Source: Eledone cirrhosa
Taxonomy: Eukaryota
Length of the DNA: 64,000 nucleotides
NCBI GenBank assembly: GCA_964016885.1
Contig: OZ024744.1
Coordinates: forward strand, 111,538,001-111,602,000
Reading direction: 5' to 3'
Below are positions 15,581-28,329 of the stretch, piece after piece (the first letter of the stretch is position 1; every line of letters starts with the position of its first letter). Position numbers and translations under genes: made by a program. The notes under the pieces were generated by a model. The model had not been told where the DNA came from and ran no database searches. It was given only the letters and a program-made list of their open reading frames with translations.

Positions 15581-15930
15581 AATATATGTGTGTGTATATA
15601 TATATAGTGAATATCATTTCACACCTTTTATTGTTAAGATTTTTGATGTTCTATTAAGAGAACCGATTTTACTGAAAAAATCGAATAATGTACACCATTT
15701 TACCAGGGGGGAAAAAATACTGGTCCACCCACACACACACACACACATATATACACAAACACATACACACGCGTACATCAACATACAAAGAGACTTATAT
15801 ATACACACACACACACGCACTTCTCCGTATAAGACAAAAGCTGAAAAATATCTTTTGACATGCTAAAATACCCCCCATTGCTTTCAGACACATTCTTACT
15901 GACCATCCCTGTCACCACGAATTACTCTGC

Positions 15931-16023
<93 letters not shown>

Positions 16024-16095
16024 ATCTTAATAGCCATTTGACACACATCGCTGCTGGCCATTGTCGCAGCATCGAACACCTTACTACTACTACTA

Positions 16096-16179
<84 letters not shown>

Positions 16180-16515
16180 ACACACACACACACACACATA
16201 TTTGTTGTGAAAGAGTCATTTCTCAATCTTGGCGCAAAACCAATTTTTTATTCACATGACCTCTACCGACCAATCAAAATTGTTTTGACCAAGAATTTTT
16301 GCTGGAGCCACTTTTTTAACATAAAAACAGTCTTGGCGCAAAATCAACTTTTTACATTCACATGACCTCTACCGACCAATCAAAATTGTTTTGACCACAA
16401 GAATTTTTGCAACACAAAAATAACGCTGGAGCCACTTTTTTAACATAAAAACAGGTAGAATTCCCAAAACTAATCAGATCAGAGCAAACAGCACGGACAC
16501 TCTATCTCAAAATTA

Positions 16516-16552
16516 TTTTTGAAAAGCATTTAGAAATGCGCAACCGGTAAAA
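16516..16552 (+). ncRNA. HHR-like motif with U3-A8 core and GCAA in place of GAAA (inverted copy 13070-13106)
   Basis: TTT-TTGAAAA-GCATT taga AATGC-GCAA-CCGG-TA-AAA; homologous to 29991-30028. Confidence 0.62.
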
Positions 16553-16670
16553 ACTTAAAAACTTAAAACCACAACTGAATACTAACCCATACAATCACTA
16601 ATACTCTTTTATTCCTAATTAAACCATTTTTCAACTGTGAACAATTAGTCAGCATTTTCTATTCCGTTTA

Positions 16671-16736
<66 letters not shown>

Positions 16737-17578
16737 TTAATATAAATCAATATATTTGATAAACACAAATATCCTCATATTTATGTTTGTACTGTAAATG
16801 ACCAAGTTAGCTAGATAGAAATATACTAATAATAATATTACAGTTTGCCTATCATGACTTAAGATAATACATCATAAATCAACAAAAACAAATTGTATTG
16901 GCAATGGCCGTAGTGCTTGGACAAATTTAAATTTCAAAATCAAACCTGTTCCGCAGACAGATTTAAACCTTAAAATCCAAATATGTTTCGAATAATGAAA
17001 AAGTGGAAGAAAATACCGCATTTTGATCTCCTCAGCAAGCACTATAAAAATTGGTATGTTCCACTTCAAAATATTTAGGAAGACTGTTTAGCGCACGAGG
17101 TAACCTCATGCGGTTATCCAGTGTCTTGCTAGCCACATACTCGTGCTGCTAGAAATAACAGCCGTTTGTATGGGGCTAAATTCAGATCAACGAAGGAGCA
17201 GTGAAAAATCAATAATAATGAGTTCAAATCTCAGGCGATCATTTACAATGAAATAGCTCGAAGATTATGCAGAGCGATTGCCGATCAGGCAGAAATTAAA
17301 AATTAGAATTGGAGCTCTGAAATAGCAACATATATATGAGTTTGTCACTACTCTAAAACAATAGCATACGGTCTTCAAAATGCTTTTAATTAAGCATAAA
17401 GTGTATTGCAAAATACATTATATGTGCATTCATATATATGTTGCTATTTCAGAGCTCCAATTCTAATTTTTAATTTCTGCCTGACCAACAACCGCTCTGT
17501 ATAATCAGTTCCTGATTATTTACTAGAATTCTATAAGAATATAACATCAGTGACCTCAGTAGACAGGAGGGAGTAGTT

Positions 17579-17623
17579 AGCCTTGATAAGCATCAATAAA
17601 TGCGAAACAAGGCCTTGTCGGCT
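17579..17623 (+). ncRNA. Type I HHR with U3-A8 core and 10-nt palindromic stem III (family N)
   Basis: AGCC-TTGATAA-GCAT caataa ATGC-GAAA-CAAGGCCTTG-TC-GGCT. Confidence 0.85.
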
Positions 17624-17752
17624 TATCTCCCCTTGTTTGCTGAGATTAAAGTAAGTGAGTTTGTCACTACTCTAAAACAATAGCATACGGTCTTCAAAAT
17701 GCTTTTAATTAAGCATAAAGTGTATTGCAAAATACATTATATGTGCATTCAC

Positions 17753-17800
<48 letters not shown>

Positions 17801-17848
17801 TGTATATATATATATACAGTATATATATATGTTTTTTTTCTCCCTATT

Positions 17849-17902
<54 letters not shown>

Positions 17903-18078
17903 TATCCACAGTAAGTTGTGGGGTCTAGTCTGCATGAAGAACTTGATGTAATCCATATGTTGAAAATGTTGTAGGTTAAAATAAATCCCGGAAAACAATA
18001 AAACATTAAAAGGAAAACAGAGTCATGATATAAGTTAAAACAATGAAATAAAAATTCAAGTCATTAGAAATATACTTT

Positions 18079-18218
18079 ACTGCTTTACGATCGTTTCTAG
18101 GTGATGATAATACATCGTAACCATACTTCGTTATCGATCTATGTAAGGTTAGTTACAAAATATCAGATAAGGAAAATATTTACTTACATGTATATCACCA
18201 GCTGTTGTCAAAAGCAAT
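18079..18218 (-). ncRNA. HHR-like motif with U3-A8 core and ~105-nt stem II region (family H)
   Basis: ATTGCTT-TTGACAA-..GGTGAT ATACAT GTAA...TTAC ATGTAT ATCACC..-GAAA-CGATCG-TA-AAGCAGT; base of stem II is imperfect. Confidence 0.6.
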
Positions 18219-18697
18219 ATATATATATATATATATATAGAATAGAATGAAACGAAATTTCATTTCTCACTCTTAGTACGGCAGTTACTTAAATGTAAGT
18301 ATGTTTGTACACCTACATACATATATGTATACAGACGTACAGTAGTATGTATATATATATATACATGCACACATATATATATGCACGTATCGGTTTACCT
18401 AACATTTATTATAATGCTCGGTTTGTTTGTAAACAAACAAACAGCCCGAATTACGCCGTACAGTGTTTAGGCAAGCACGTCACCTTTTTGTTCAACACTG
18501 ACACATGAACGATGTACTAGTTTCAAGCTTATTAGCTATCGTCAGCATCGTATACCTTCCTGCCAAATGGTTGAACGTCTGAAAGTATATACTTTCCTTA
18601 TGTATATTAACGGCTGAGCAGCCTAATTTGCATGCAAAGTCAATCTGTGAACGCAGAAGTGAATATTTCAAAAAAACGTTGCAACTGGAGGAAGACA

Positions 18698-18880
18698 GGT
18701 TAGAAAATGTTTAAAACAAAATATTTTACTTTGTGTGAAGTGTTAAGGTATTAGTTAATTTATTTATTAATTAACAATAGCATTAAATAAATCAATGCTA
18801 TTGTTAATTAATAAATAAATTAACTAATACCTTAACACTTCACACAAAGTAAAATATTTTGTTTTAAATATTTTCTAACC
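18698..18880. repeat. Near-perfect palindrome, ~87-bp arms with 9-nt spacer
   Basis: ggttagaaaat...aatagcatt / aatgctatt...attttctaacc. Confidence 0.85.
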
Positions 18881-19742
18881 CAGAAAAAAGAGAGAGAAAT
18901 AAAGGTAAAAAATATAATTTTTTTTCCTAATAATCGTTTTTTTTCTCCCTATTTACATATATATATATATATTCCAACGTCGAGGTGTGGGGAGGCCACC
19001 GATATGGTTGACTGACTTGTCATTTTATCAGTCAGATGTTCTAATGATTCTGTCTGTAAATAGTTGTCATATAGTCGCCATTTCATGGTTGAATAGTTAA
19101 AAAGATGCATTTATCAGTAGAAACAACTGTTGTAAATAATTCATATATTAAACAATATTTCATCTATGTTAGTCTGTCAAAATAGATAATATTAGATGGT
19201 AGAGTTAAGCTATGTCACTAAATACTTCCACATTTTTGTTTGTTTGTTTTGTTATGTTATGTTTTTTTTTTGTTTTTTTTTTGTTCAAAATTAACTGAAA
19301 TACAGCTGTCTGTATATTTCATTAGAAATATGGTAAAAACGGGTTGTTCAGCTCCAGGCAGGGCAGGATATATCGTGAGGACTGTGGGGGATAAAACCTC
19401 TCCGAACAGGGACCCCTCTTTATTATCAACTTACATTAATAAAGAAGCTCTCGGTCTAAAAAAAATAATGTACCAGTACAAATAGGTGAATGTGTTTAGA
19501 AAACTGAGATTTTGTTGTGAAATATTTAATGTTGTTGTTTAACTTTAGGTCAGACACATTTACACACCTGCCTACAAATGTGTTCTACACTTGAACATAA
19601 CACCTGATGAATTTCATATTCAAACCCATTCTATATACCTGGCTTTTCAATGATTATATAATCAGCTGTAACATGTAAAATAAATGAAAAAAATTAAGGA
19701 TGAAAATAAAAATGTTTCTAAAAATATTTACAAAATAATTTG

Positions 19743-19780
19743 GGTTCCAGCGAGTTTCGAACTCACTACACCATGGAACC
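19743..19780 (-). pseudogene. Internally deleted tRNA-Val copy (acceptor stem and T arm only)
   Basis: GGTTCCATGGTGTAGT joined to GAGTTCGAAACTCGCTGGAACC, identical to the ends of 20077-20149. Confidence 0.85.
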
Positions 19781-20076
19781 ACATGGTTATAGCAAAAAAA
19801 AAAAAAAAAAAAAAAAAAATATTGCTTTGTCAAACACTTTTACATTTGTTTCAATTTAGCTAAAGATGTGTGAATTAAGAAACAGTTGATTAACGATCTA
19901 AATACTGTGTTATGAAGGGTTAACTATCTTTAGCTCCTAATGTTGGTAGTGTTGTATAACACAGGTCAGCGCCCTTCCATAGGTAAAATATACAGCACTA
20001 GATAAACGGAGGAAATACCTGAACCTCTAACTAACACGACACTACACGAATTTAAAAAAAGAAGAAAAAAAAACAA

Positions 20077-20149
20077 AGGTTCCAGCGAGTTTCGAACTCG
20101 CGACCTTCTGCGTGTGAAGCAGACGTGATAACCACTACACCATGGAACC
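20077..20149 (-). tRNA. tRNA-Val(CAC): tRNA-Val, anticodon CAC
   Basis: GGTTCCA/TGGAACC acceptor, TCTGC-TTCACAC-GCAGA anticodon arm, GCGAG-TTCGAAA-CTCGC T arm, downstream T-runs; discriminator is T. Confidence 0.9.
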
Positions 20150-21056
20150 ACATGTAGATCAAGCGATAAATAACTTTCTATTATACATATTTTCTATGTC
20201 TAAAATATTTATTCTTAATTTAGATTTATGCAGATTCTCTCGACTTAGAAAACCTAGTGAGACATTAAATAAACCTGAATATATTTATAAAGCTCAGTTT
20301 AATTCTAATATATTTTATGTAGTTGTTGGCCTTTGGCAATGCAGGATTTAGCTGGAGGACTGTGGTTGCTAAAACCCTGGGACTTCTCTGCTAACAAGTC
20401 CCTCCTTCAAGCAGTACTCCACTTCAAACTGAGCTCCGGCTACCTTTAAGAACGTAACCCTGCTCATAAACATAATTTTATCTTTTGAGTGTATGTTTGT
20501 TTTAAATGTAATTGATGTTGTTTTGTGCAAAGTTATCAGTGTTCTTTTACTTTAGTGACACCAGGTGGCGAAAGTAGGGAAGCTGATGTATATGGTGTAT
20601 AACGTATGTGTATGAGTGTCATTGAAACAATTTTGTAATATGTGTTGATCCTTGGTCTAATCACGCAGAAGATCCTGAGTTCAGAACTGACCGGAGCATC
20701 TGTTAGTATCTAATTTTATTTTTTTTTAAATGTTTTTATTTCCATCTTTCATTTCTTCATTTTGTTTTTATAGATTATTGAAAGACGCGTTTTTTCGAGT
20801 AGGATAGAACACAACTGTAGGCAGGACACTTTTACACAAAATAGAACACATTTGTAGGGATATCTGTGTAAATGTGACCGGCATAGGGGCAGGATCAGAT
20901 TTAGACCTTGTGAGCCCCGTGGCGTTTGAGGCTTGGTCAGCCTCTAACACACACACACGCATACATATATATGTGTGTGTGTGGGCGTGCGCGTGTGTGC
21001 ATCCTGGGTTCAATTGGAAGTAACCACAGTAAATAAGGTACTCAATACATAGCAGA

Positions 21057-21106
<50 letters not shown>

Positions 21107-21716
21107 AAAGAAACAGAAAATGCGACTGGAGTCTTTTTAAGAATAGTTATTTGTTTCCTTTGAATATCTAAACTATAATAAAGTAAGGAGTGCGGGACTG
21201 CGTCCAGAATATATTTTTTTTACCCCGTTTGTAAAATAAGTTGGATTACTTTGAATAAATAATGAATAAATATTACATAATTTATCCACTAAATTTCGTG
21301 GCTGTTGATTAAATATATTCTATAGCTTATTTAAAGATTCACTTCTTTAACATTTTCAAATGTCAACACTTCCGGTTAGCGGCCGTTATATTATAACACT
21401 TATAATCGCATATATTTCCGTCACTAATTTTCTCCTAATGCAGTTTATATATAATATCATCTTTTTTAAATGTATCATGGATTACGTTACTGATTACATA
21501 AAAGATGTAACACAGTCTCTCTTCAATTTCTGTGGGTATTGTCAATTACAATTGTATTTGATGTATCATATCTACATGTATATATACTTGCGTATAATAT
21601 CAATATACACACTACACATGGTAGCAGAAAACCACCCGAAGGGTGGTATTTCTGCTATATGTATAAATATCTAATATATATATATATAAATATTTAATAT
21701 ACATGTATATTATATT

Positions 21717-21848
<132 letters not shown>

Positions 21849-22076
21849 CATATGTATATTATACATACTGCTGCATTAGTGCGGCAGAAACTCGAGTCCG
21901 GGAACCTTATAGGCACCCGTTTTACGTGTGTTGTGTTGAGGCAAATAACTATGTGTATACTCTGGTAATGTATCTTACATTGCCCATTGAGTGCGCTGAG
22001 ATACAACCGGTACTGGCATTGATAAATATGCGGGGTCCGTCAACCCTTATTATTATTATTATTATTATTATATATA

Positions 22077-22203
22077 AATCTAGGGCGGGTAAAATTCCGG
22101 AGATCCATGGACGATTCTCTCCAGCGGTCTCTGTCCCTCATTATCGCTGCCATGTCCTGCGTCTCCAACAGAGAAGTGTCTGTCCTTAGGACATCAACAT
22201 ACT
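22077..22203 (-). mobile_element. Short 3'-end copy of the RTE LINE at 23095-26412
   Basis: High similarity to 23102-23226. Confidence 0.85.
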
Positions 22204-22277
22204 TAAATATATATATATAATATTTATACTCTGCTTAGTCTTGTAGAAGCCATTTCTATATTAAATATATATATATA

Positions 22278-22468
22278 TAACGAAGGAAATGTGGTAAGGA
22301 ACCAGATGGACCATAACACACCAAAGTACTCAATACTTAGTGTAGTAGAGTGGGTAATAGGAACGAGTAAGACCCCGACAGCTGAGCTCAAGCCGTTTCG
22401 ACGGCTAATTCTGGACAAGAATTAGCCGTCGAAACGGCTTGAGCTCAGCCGTCGGGGTCCTACTCATT

Positions 22469-22472
<4 letters not shown>
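22278..22472. mobile_element. Fold-back pLTR remnant (family I) with the 3' half of an HHR; second copy 30250-30457
   Basis: Palindrome apex 22413-22417; GAAA-CGG..CCG-TC-GGGGTC. Confidence 0.72.
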
Positions 22473-22560
<88 letters not shown>

Positions 22561-22565
<5 letters not shown>

Positions 22566-23092
22566 TTCTACTGGACTAGAACTGTTTCATTCTTTAGAAA
22601 TCATCAGGAATCTGGGTTATCAAAAAATAAATATTGTATTTATAGGTCTCTTCAGGGGGTAGGAGAGGGTGGGGAGTGGGATGGGTAGAGGTCATTGGTT
22701 GATAGAAAAGGGAATTCATTAAAAGCTAATCCTTTAAAGCTATAATTTATATTTAGAGTAACAAAGGCAGAAAGAATTCTATAAACAGGTTCAGAATGGG
22801 GTGCCACTCCTTATTTTTAAGTTTCTCTTAAGCTAACAATGCCTATATTTCAGGTGTCTATAAGATCTTATGGGTCGGTCATGGTTGATGGATTTAAAGA
22901 AAAGGGAAATTCTTTGAAAGCTAATTCTTTAAGGTTCTACTTAGAGTGACAATGGCCAAGAGAATTCTATAAACCAGTTCAAAATATTGAGTGCCTATCA
23001 TACCATTATCTTCAAGTTTCTCTTAAGCTATATTCCAGGTGTGAACAGACACATTCACAAACACACACACACGCGCAGCCCCCCCCCCCATA
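22561..23092 (-). mobile_element. PLE-type pLTR (family J) with HHR 22563-22613; second copy 58925-59525 (+), fragment 21000-21058
   Basis: Reverse-complement match between the copies; terminal HHR. Confidence 0.8.
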
Positions 23093-23094
23093 TA

Positions 23095-26000
23095 TCTATC
23101 TATCTAAGGCGGGTAAAATTCCCGAGATCCATGGACGAGTTCTCTCCAGCGGTCTCTGTCCCTCATTATCGCTGCCATGTCCTGCATCTCCAACAGACCA
23201 GTGTCTGTCCTTAGGGCATCAACATACGTTAACCTTGGTCTTCCGCTTCTAGTGTGTCCATGTAGGGGCTCCCAAAGGAGCACTGAGTGCAATGTCAACT
23301 CTGGATGTCGGTGAGCATGTCCAGCCAACCTCAGTCTCCTCTGTGTCACTTTTGAGCTGACTTTTGGGATTCTCCCATACAGCTCTGAGTTTTTCATCCT
23401 CAGTGTATACTGATTAATGTTCAGAGCCATCCTCAGCATTCTCGTGTAGCACCCATCCACCATCTGAGTGAGTTTCTTGGTCAGTGTCCAAGTCTCAGAC
23501 CCATACAGCAGCACAGACTTCACTACAGCAATGAAGAGGCGGATTTTCAGGTCTCTACGAAGGTCCGACTTCCACACCGATCTCAAGCTGTGGCACGCCG
23601 CCCAGGCCTTGCTCTTCCTCTCAACCACATCATCTTCCGTATTCCCAATCCTTGCTCCCAAATACAGGAAGTCCTCAACCTGTTACAGCGGCTTCCCGCC
23701 TACATTAGTGATCCCCTTTGGCTTCTCAACATTCTCTACCAGATATTTTGTTTTAGTCTCATTCATTCTCAGCCCCACACTCATCGACACAGTCTCAACC
23801 TCCCGCATCAAATCCTCTGCCTCCTTCACGGTATTTGTCACCAAAACTATGTCGTCGGCAAATTCAGCATCCGATACCTTTTTCGCCCTAACTCTCCTGC
23901 TCTGAGCCGGTGCTACAGTAAAGCCAGAGTCCTGGTGTTTCTCCAGTGCAAGGCGCATACAATAGTCCACTACAATGATAAAAAGGTAGGGAGCCAATGT
24001 ATCTCCCTGGAGCACTCCAGCCAGTATCTCAAAGAACTCTGTCATCCCATCAGGTGTAATGACTTGGGCTTGGGTGTTGGTGTAGAGCAGTGATATCAGG
24101 TCCACTATCTTCTTGGGGATTCCATAAGCCTGTAAGATCTTCATCAGGCAGTAACGGTCCACAGAATCAAAGGCCTTCCTAAAGTCAATGAAAACCATGA
24201 CCGCAGGAAGGCACTTTGCTCTAGCTCCCTCTAATATCCTCCTCAGCATCAGGATGTGACTGGTGGTTGATCTACCCTCTCTGAAGCCGTTCTGGTTGTC
24301 CCTGAACTTCTTCTCCATCTCAGGCTGGATCCTGTTAAGAATCATCTTGTTGAGGGTCTTTGCCACAAGTGACGTCAGTGAGATCCCCCTGTAGATGTTG
24401 GTGTTAGAGAGATCTCCCTTCTTTGGCACTGGGACGATGTTACTGATCCTCCACTGATTCGGGGCAACACCTTTCTCCAGTGCCCCGTTACAGAACCCCA
24501 GGATGATATCATCAAAATCACACCTCTTCATCACCTCTGATGCCACTCCATCTTCTCCATGAGCCTTGCCCTCCTTGATCCTCTTCTTGGCTCTCTGAAG
24601 CTCCTCTCTGGTGAAGGGCTCTGTCTCAACATCCAGTTCCTCAAACAGCCGCCTGATCTCCCCAGTGCTCTGGGCTGTGGAGGGTGGCTCTCCTAGTAGG
24701 GTCCTAAAATGGTCTAGCCATTTCCTCTTCCTATCCTCGGGCCCCGTTCCCTGGATCTGACTCGAACACCTTCTCTTCCTCCCTGTGATCTCGTTGATGA
24801 TCATCCAGCTCTCCTTACATCCAGATCTGTCAACCGCTCTCTCCACACTTCTGATCTTCTCTATCAGTGCCTCCTCTCTGACCTCAGTGTAAGCGGTACA
24901 GAGCTCTTCCCTCATCATCTCCACAGTCTCCATCCTCTCCTCCGTAGGATCAGCATAGAATTGGTCCCTGGCAGCTTTCAGGTGTTCTCTGGCTGCACAC
25001 ACTTTTGGGTTTGCAGAGCTGACGTGCTTCCCTTTATTCTTTTTCCTCGGCACCAGGGTTTCACTTGCTTCCGCCACTGCATTGGTGAAGTGCCCGTACC
25101 TCCTCGTCACACTCTCCTCAGTCCATCCAATCTCTCTCTCCTCTGACTCTCCACACAGAGCACTAAACCTGTTTCTCACTTCCACTGTGAACCTCTCCTG
25201 TAGCTTATCATCTTCCTTGAAAGCTCCCCAGTCATAGATTGTTCTCCGGGGCTGAGCCTTGCTCTTTCTTAAGCTCACGCGGACCTCACTCATAACAAGC
25301 CGGTGGTCACTACCCAGTGTACTGAAATAGCTGTATGGTTCCGTGTTCAGAACACTATTCCGCCACTTTTTTCTCACCAGAATGAAATCAATCTGGGACT
25401 TGGACAGGTGCATATCTGGGATGTAGGTCCACATCTTCCCCAGATTCTTCCTAAACCTTAGGTTGGTCGCCATCAAGTTCGCCTCCAGCAGGGTGTCTCT
25501 CAGTAGTCTTCCATTTCGGTTGGTGTTGTTATGGAAGTACCAGCAAGGATCTTCACTGCCCTCCTTACTCAGGTGTGCATTGAAGTCCCCCAAAACAAGC
25601 AGGATATTGTGTGCCTGAGTGGTGTTGACAGCTCTACACACCTCCTCATGGAACTCTTCCGCATTCACATCGCTGTCCCCCTCGGTTGGACTATAGGCTG
25701 AGATGACTGTCAGTCTTGGGTTTCCATTGAAGGTCACCCTCAACACTCGCGGGGAGATAGGCATTATTTCCCTCACCAACAGATTGGTTTTTGCACTGAA
25801 CACAAAACCCACTCCTCCTACTGCAGCATTTGTTGTGTTCTTCACTGCCGATGTAGTGATGAGCTGGCTCTTCTTCCCAATCATCACACTCCTCACGGGC
25901 CCATCGTGTAGAATCCTGTGTTCTTGGATCGCAAGTATCTGTATACCACTCTCCTTGAACAGATGTCCCAACTCCGCTCTCTTCTCCAGTGTCCGAATAG

Positions 26001-26412
26001 TCCTCACATTCAAAGTGCCCATTTTGATGGCTCTTCTGCAGGACAAAACTGCATTCTTTATATTTGTCTCAGAGACAGCTGATCCATCATCCACTGGCCC
26101 TCTCTGTGGCTCTAAGCCAGCAGAGTCATAACGACCAGGCTGCTCCTTGACAGTGTAATTAGGGGCTCTAACCCTAGTGCTGTTAGATCGACTCTCCATA
26201 TTTCTTTTCAATGGCTGACAATACCTTACCGGCGCCACTCGAATAAGGTAGTTATTTAACCCATAAATGGAGCCCTAACAGGTACTACCACCCCGGGCCA
26301 GGGTAGACCTGGGAGTCATGACAACTAAGGGGTAACTCCACATTCCTCACATCTCCTGAACTCCCGAACTGGAGCCTTGCCACTGGATGTAGTTTAATGT
26401 CATACCCAGGAC
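23095..26412 (-). mobile_element. Near full-length RTE-clade LINE
   Basis: Single APE-RT ORF, ~170-nt 5' UTR, (ATAG)n tail overlapping the stop codon. Confidence 0.93.
23104..26238 (-). pseudogene. RTE APE endonuclease plus reverse transcriptase, ~1044 codons, one in-frame TAA at 23683-23685
   Basis: GTLNVRT, IQEHR, LGDFNAH, IDFIL, SDHRL, YRGISL, QNGFR, FIDFRKAFDSV, GVLQGD, FADD; ORFs 23683..26238 and 23104..23661 are in frame (KPL*QVEDFLYLG). Confidence 0.93.
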
Positions 26413-26694
26413 AATATATATATATATATATATATATACATAAACATACAAATATATATATATATACATACATAAACATACATATATATATATATATACA
26501 TATATATATACATATATATACACATATATACATACATACATACATACATACACATACACATATATATACACATACACACACATATATACATATAAACATA
26601 TACATATATACACACATATACACATATACATACATATACATACATATATACATATATATATATATACATACACATACACATACATATATATACA

Positions 26695-27670
26695 AAAAAA
26701 AGTAATATTGTTGGAATATAAACCTTTAAAAATACAAGACAAGAAACTAAAATAAAACTTTAAAAGAATAGGACAAGAAACTAAGATAAAACTTTAAAAG
26801 AATAGGACAAGAAACTAAGATAAAACTTTAAAGAATTGGACAAGAAATAAAAAAATTTACAATAATATTAGTGGCAAAATTTTTATTGGTAAAAAATCGA
26901 GTTCCACATTCATAGGCTCTGGGTTCCACATTCAGAGGTCGTCGTCAGACCGGGGGATCATTTGATCCTGGTTTGAACAGCAATTGGGCCATAACTATAC
27001 CCCTATTTCATCATTCGGCGACACGCCTCATGTGTCATGCATAATGTAAATGGACCCATGGGCCCATGAGCACAGATCTTGAGCAGAAGCGGACGGTCTT
27101 GTCGTCCCGCTCATCCTTGATCTTGACCAACCCGTCCATCTTCTCCTTGCATCTTGTCCTTGAGTTCAAGTCCGGCAGTCCAGATGAATGCGTGCCACAG
27201 CTTTCTGGTACAGGAAGGGGGAGCAGGAGGACTGGAGGGATGACGGGACAGAGGGAGGGAGGACCGGTGGTTGAGGGAGGTGCCGTAGTCGGTGGTCAGA
27301 GTCGACATCTTGTCCCGGTCGTCTTCTCCATCTTCGTCTGGTGTTGCGGGACCAGAAGTGCATTCTTGGAGGAGACCTGCAGCTGCATCGGCCAATTCTT
27401 CTTGCAATGGTCATTCTGACGGAGCAGAACTGCTCAGCCAACCAACCCCAACCAGAACCAACCGCTCAGGGGCAACGCACAATGAGAGCGTGACAATTAT
27501 TCTGCACTGATCAAGAAGATACTGGGGCATAGCACAGGAAACGAATAAAAACATTTTGCCACTAATATTATTGTAAAATTTTTTATTTCTTGTCCAATTC
27601 TTTAAAGTTTTATCTTAGTTTCTTGTCCTGTATTTTTAAAGGTTTATATTCCAACAATATTACTTTTTTT
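26695..27670. repeat. Inverted arms (26695-26882 vs 27552-27670), the left with ~34-bp tandem repeats, around a GC-rich core
   Basis: aaaaaaagtaatattgttggaat...gtggcaaaat is reverse-complemented in the right arm. Confidence 0.75.
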
Positions 27671-27969
27671 TGCTGTACGCATTTTTCTATCTGGTCTACT
27701 ATTTTTTTAAGGCAATGCAAGCAACAACTATCTAATAATTAAATGATCATAGTGAATTACTGACAAGTGATTGACATTTTAAAGTTCTTTTGAGCATAAT
27801 TGCAATCTAGTTGAGGCAACTGGCTTAATGACAAAGCTAGTAAATCATGAATGCATTTGAGATGATTAGTGCATAATAGTGAATTGGTGAAACTTGTGCA
27901 TTTCAATGGTGTTACAACAATAGATGTAAGTTATATAGTAGTAATACTTTATCATTTTAATTTTTTAGA

Positions 27970-28329
27970 ATGGACAAAAACCCATGCAAAGAAATGACTT
28001 TGACTGCAGTGATTCTCTCCAATTTACTTACAAAGCAAAACGTGGTCAAATACCTTATCATCTCTGATAAAATGCCCATTGAATCACTGAAAATCGGATG
28101 CATGGAATTCCTCATAAAATGCACCTATGAATCGGAAGCCATCACATATATCAATGGATATAGGGAGTTGTTCACACTGGAAGACCATCACTTCATTTGT
28201 GACTTCATCAGTTATCTCCACGATTATCTCAGACACCCAATGCCATTGATGAGAGGTGATCCAATGTGTGAGCATGTAACTAATCTTATAGAAGTTGTTA
28301 TCGACCACCTGGCTTTTAGTGACATTTGA
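27970..28329 (+). CDS. 119-aa ORF resembling the BTB C-terminal/BACK (SPOP-like) helix region
   Basis: LSNLLTKQNVVKYLIISDKMPIESLKIGCMEFL matches the pattern L..NL..ENV...L..AD......LK..C..FI by eye; preceded by a polypyrimidine-AG acceptor. Confidence 0.4.
   Translation: MDKNPCKEMTLTAVILSNLLTKQNVVKYLIISDKMPIESLKIGCMEFLIKCTYESEAITYINGYRELFTLEDHHFICDFISYLHDYLRHPMPLMRGDPMCEHVTNLIEVVIDHLAFSDI

Larger units (their letters stand above)
12907..16676 (+). mobile_element. Neptune-like PLE, 5'-truncated, with ~500-bp inverted pLTR (12941-13452 vs ~16170-16676)
   Basis: RT-Zn-GIY-YIG ORF; near-perfect terminal inverted arms; (TA)n on both flanks. Confidence 0.92.

Noticed and set aside
12941-16676. 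Long terminal inverted repeats as DNA-transposon TIRs (also 35731-38580 and 40285-42585)
   Set aside because: They enclose PLE RT/EN sequence and copy its 3' UTR, so they are inverted pLTRs
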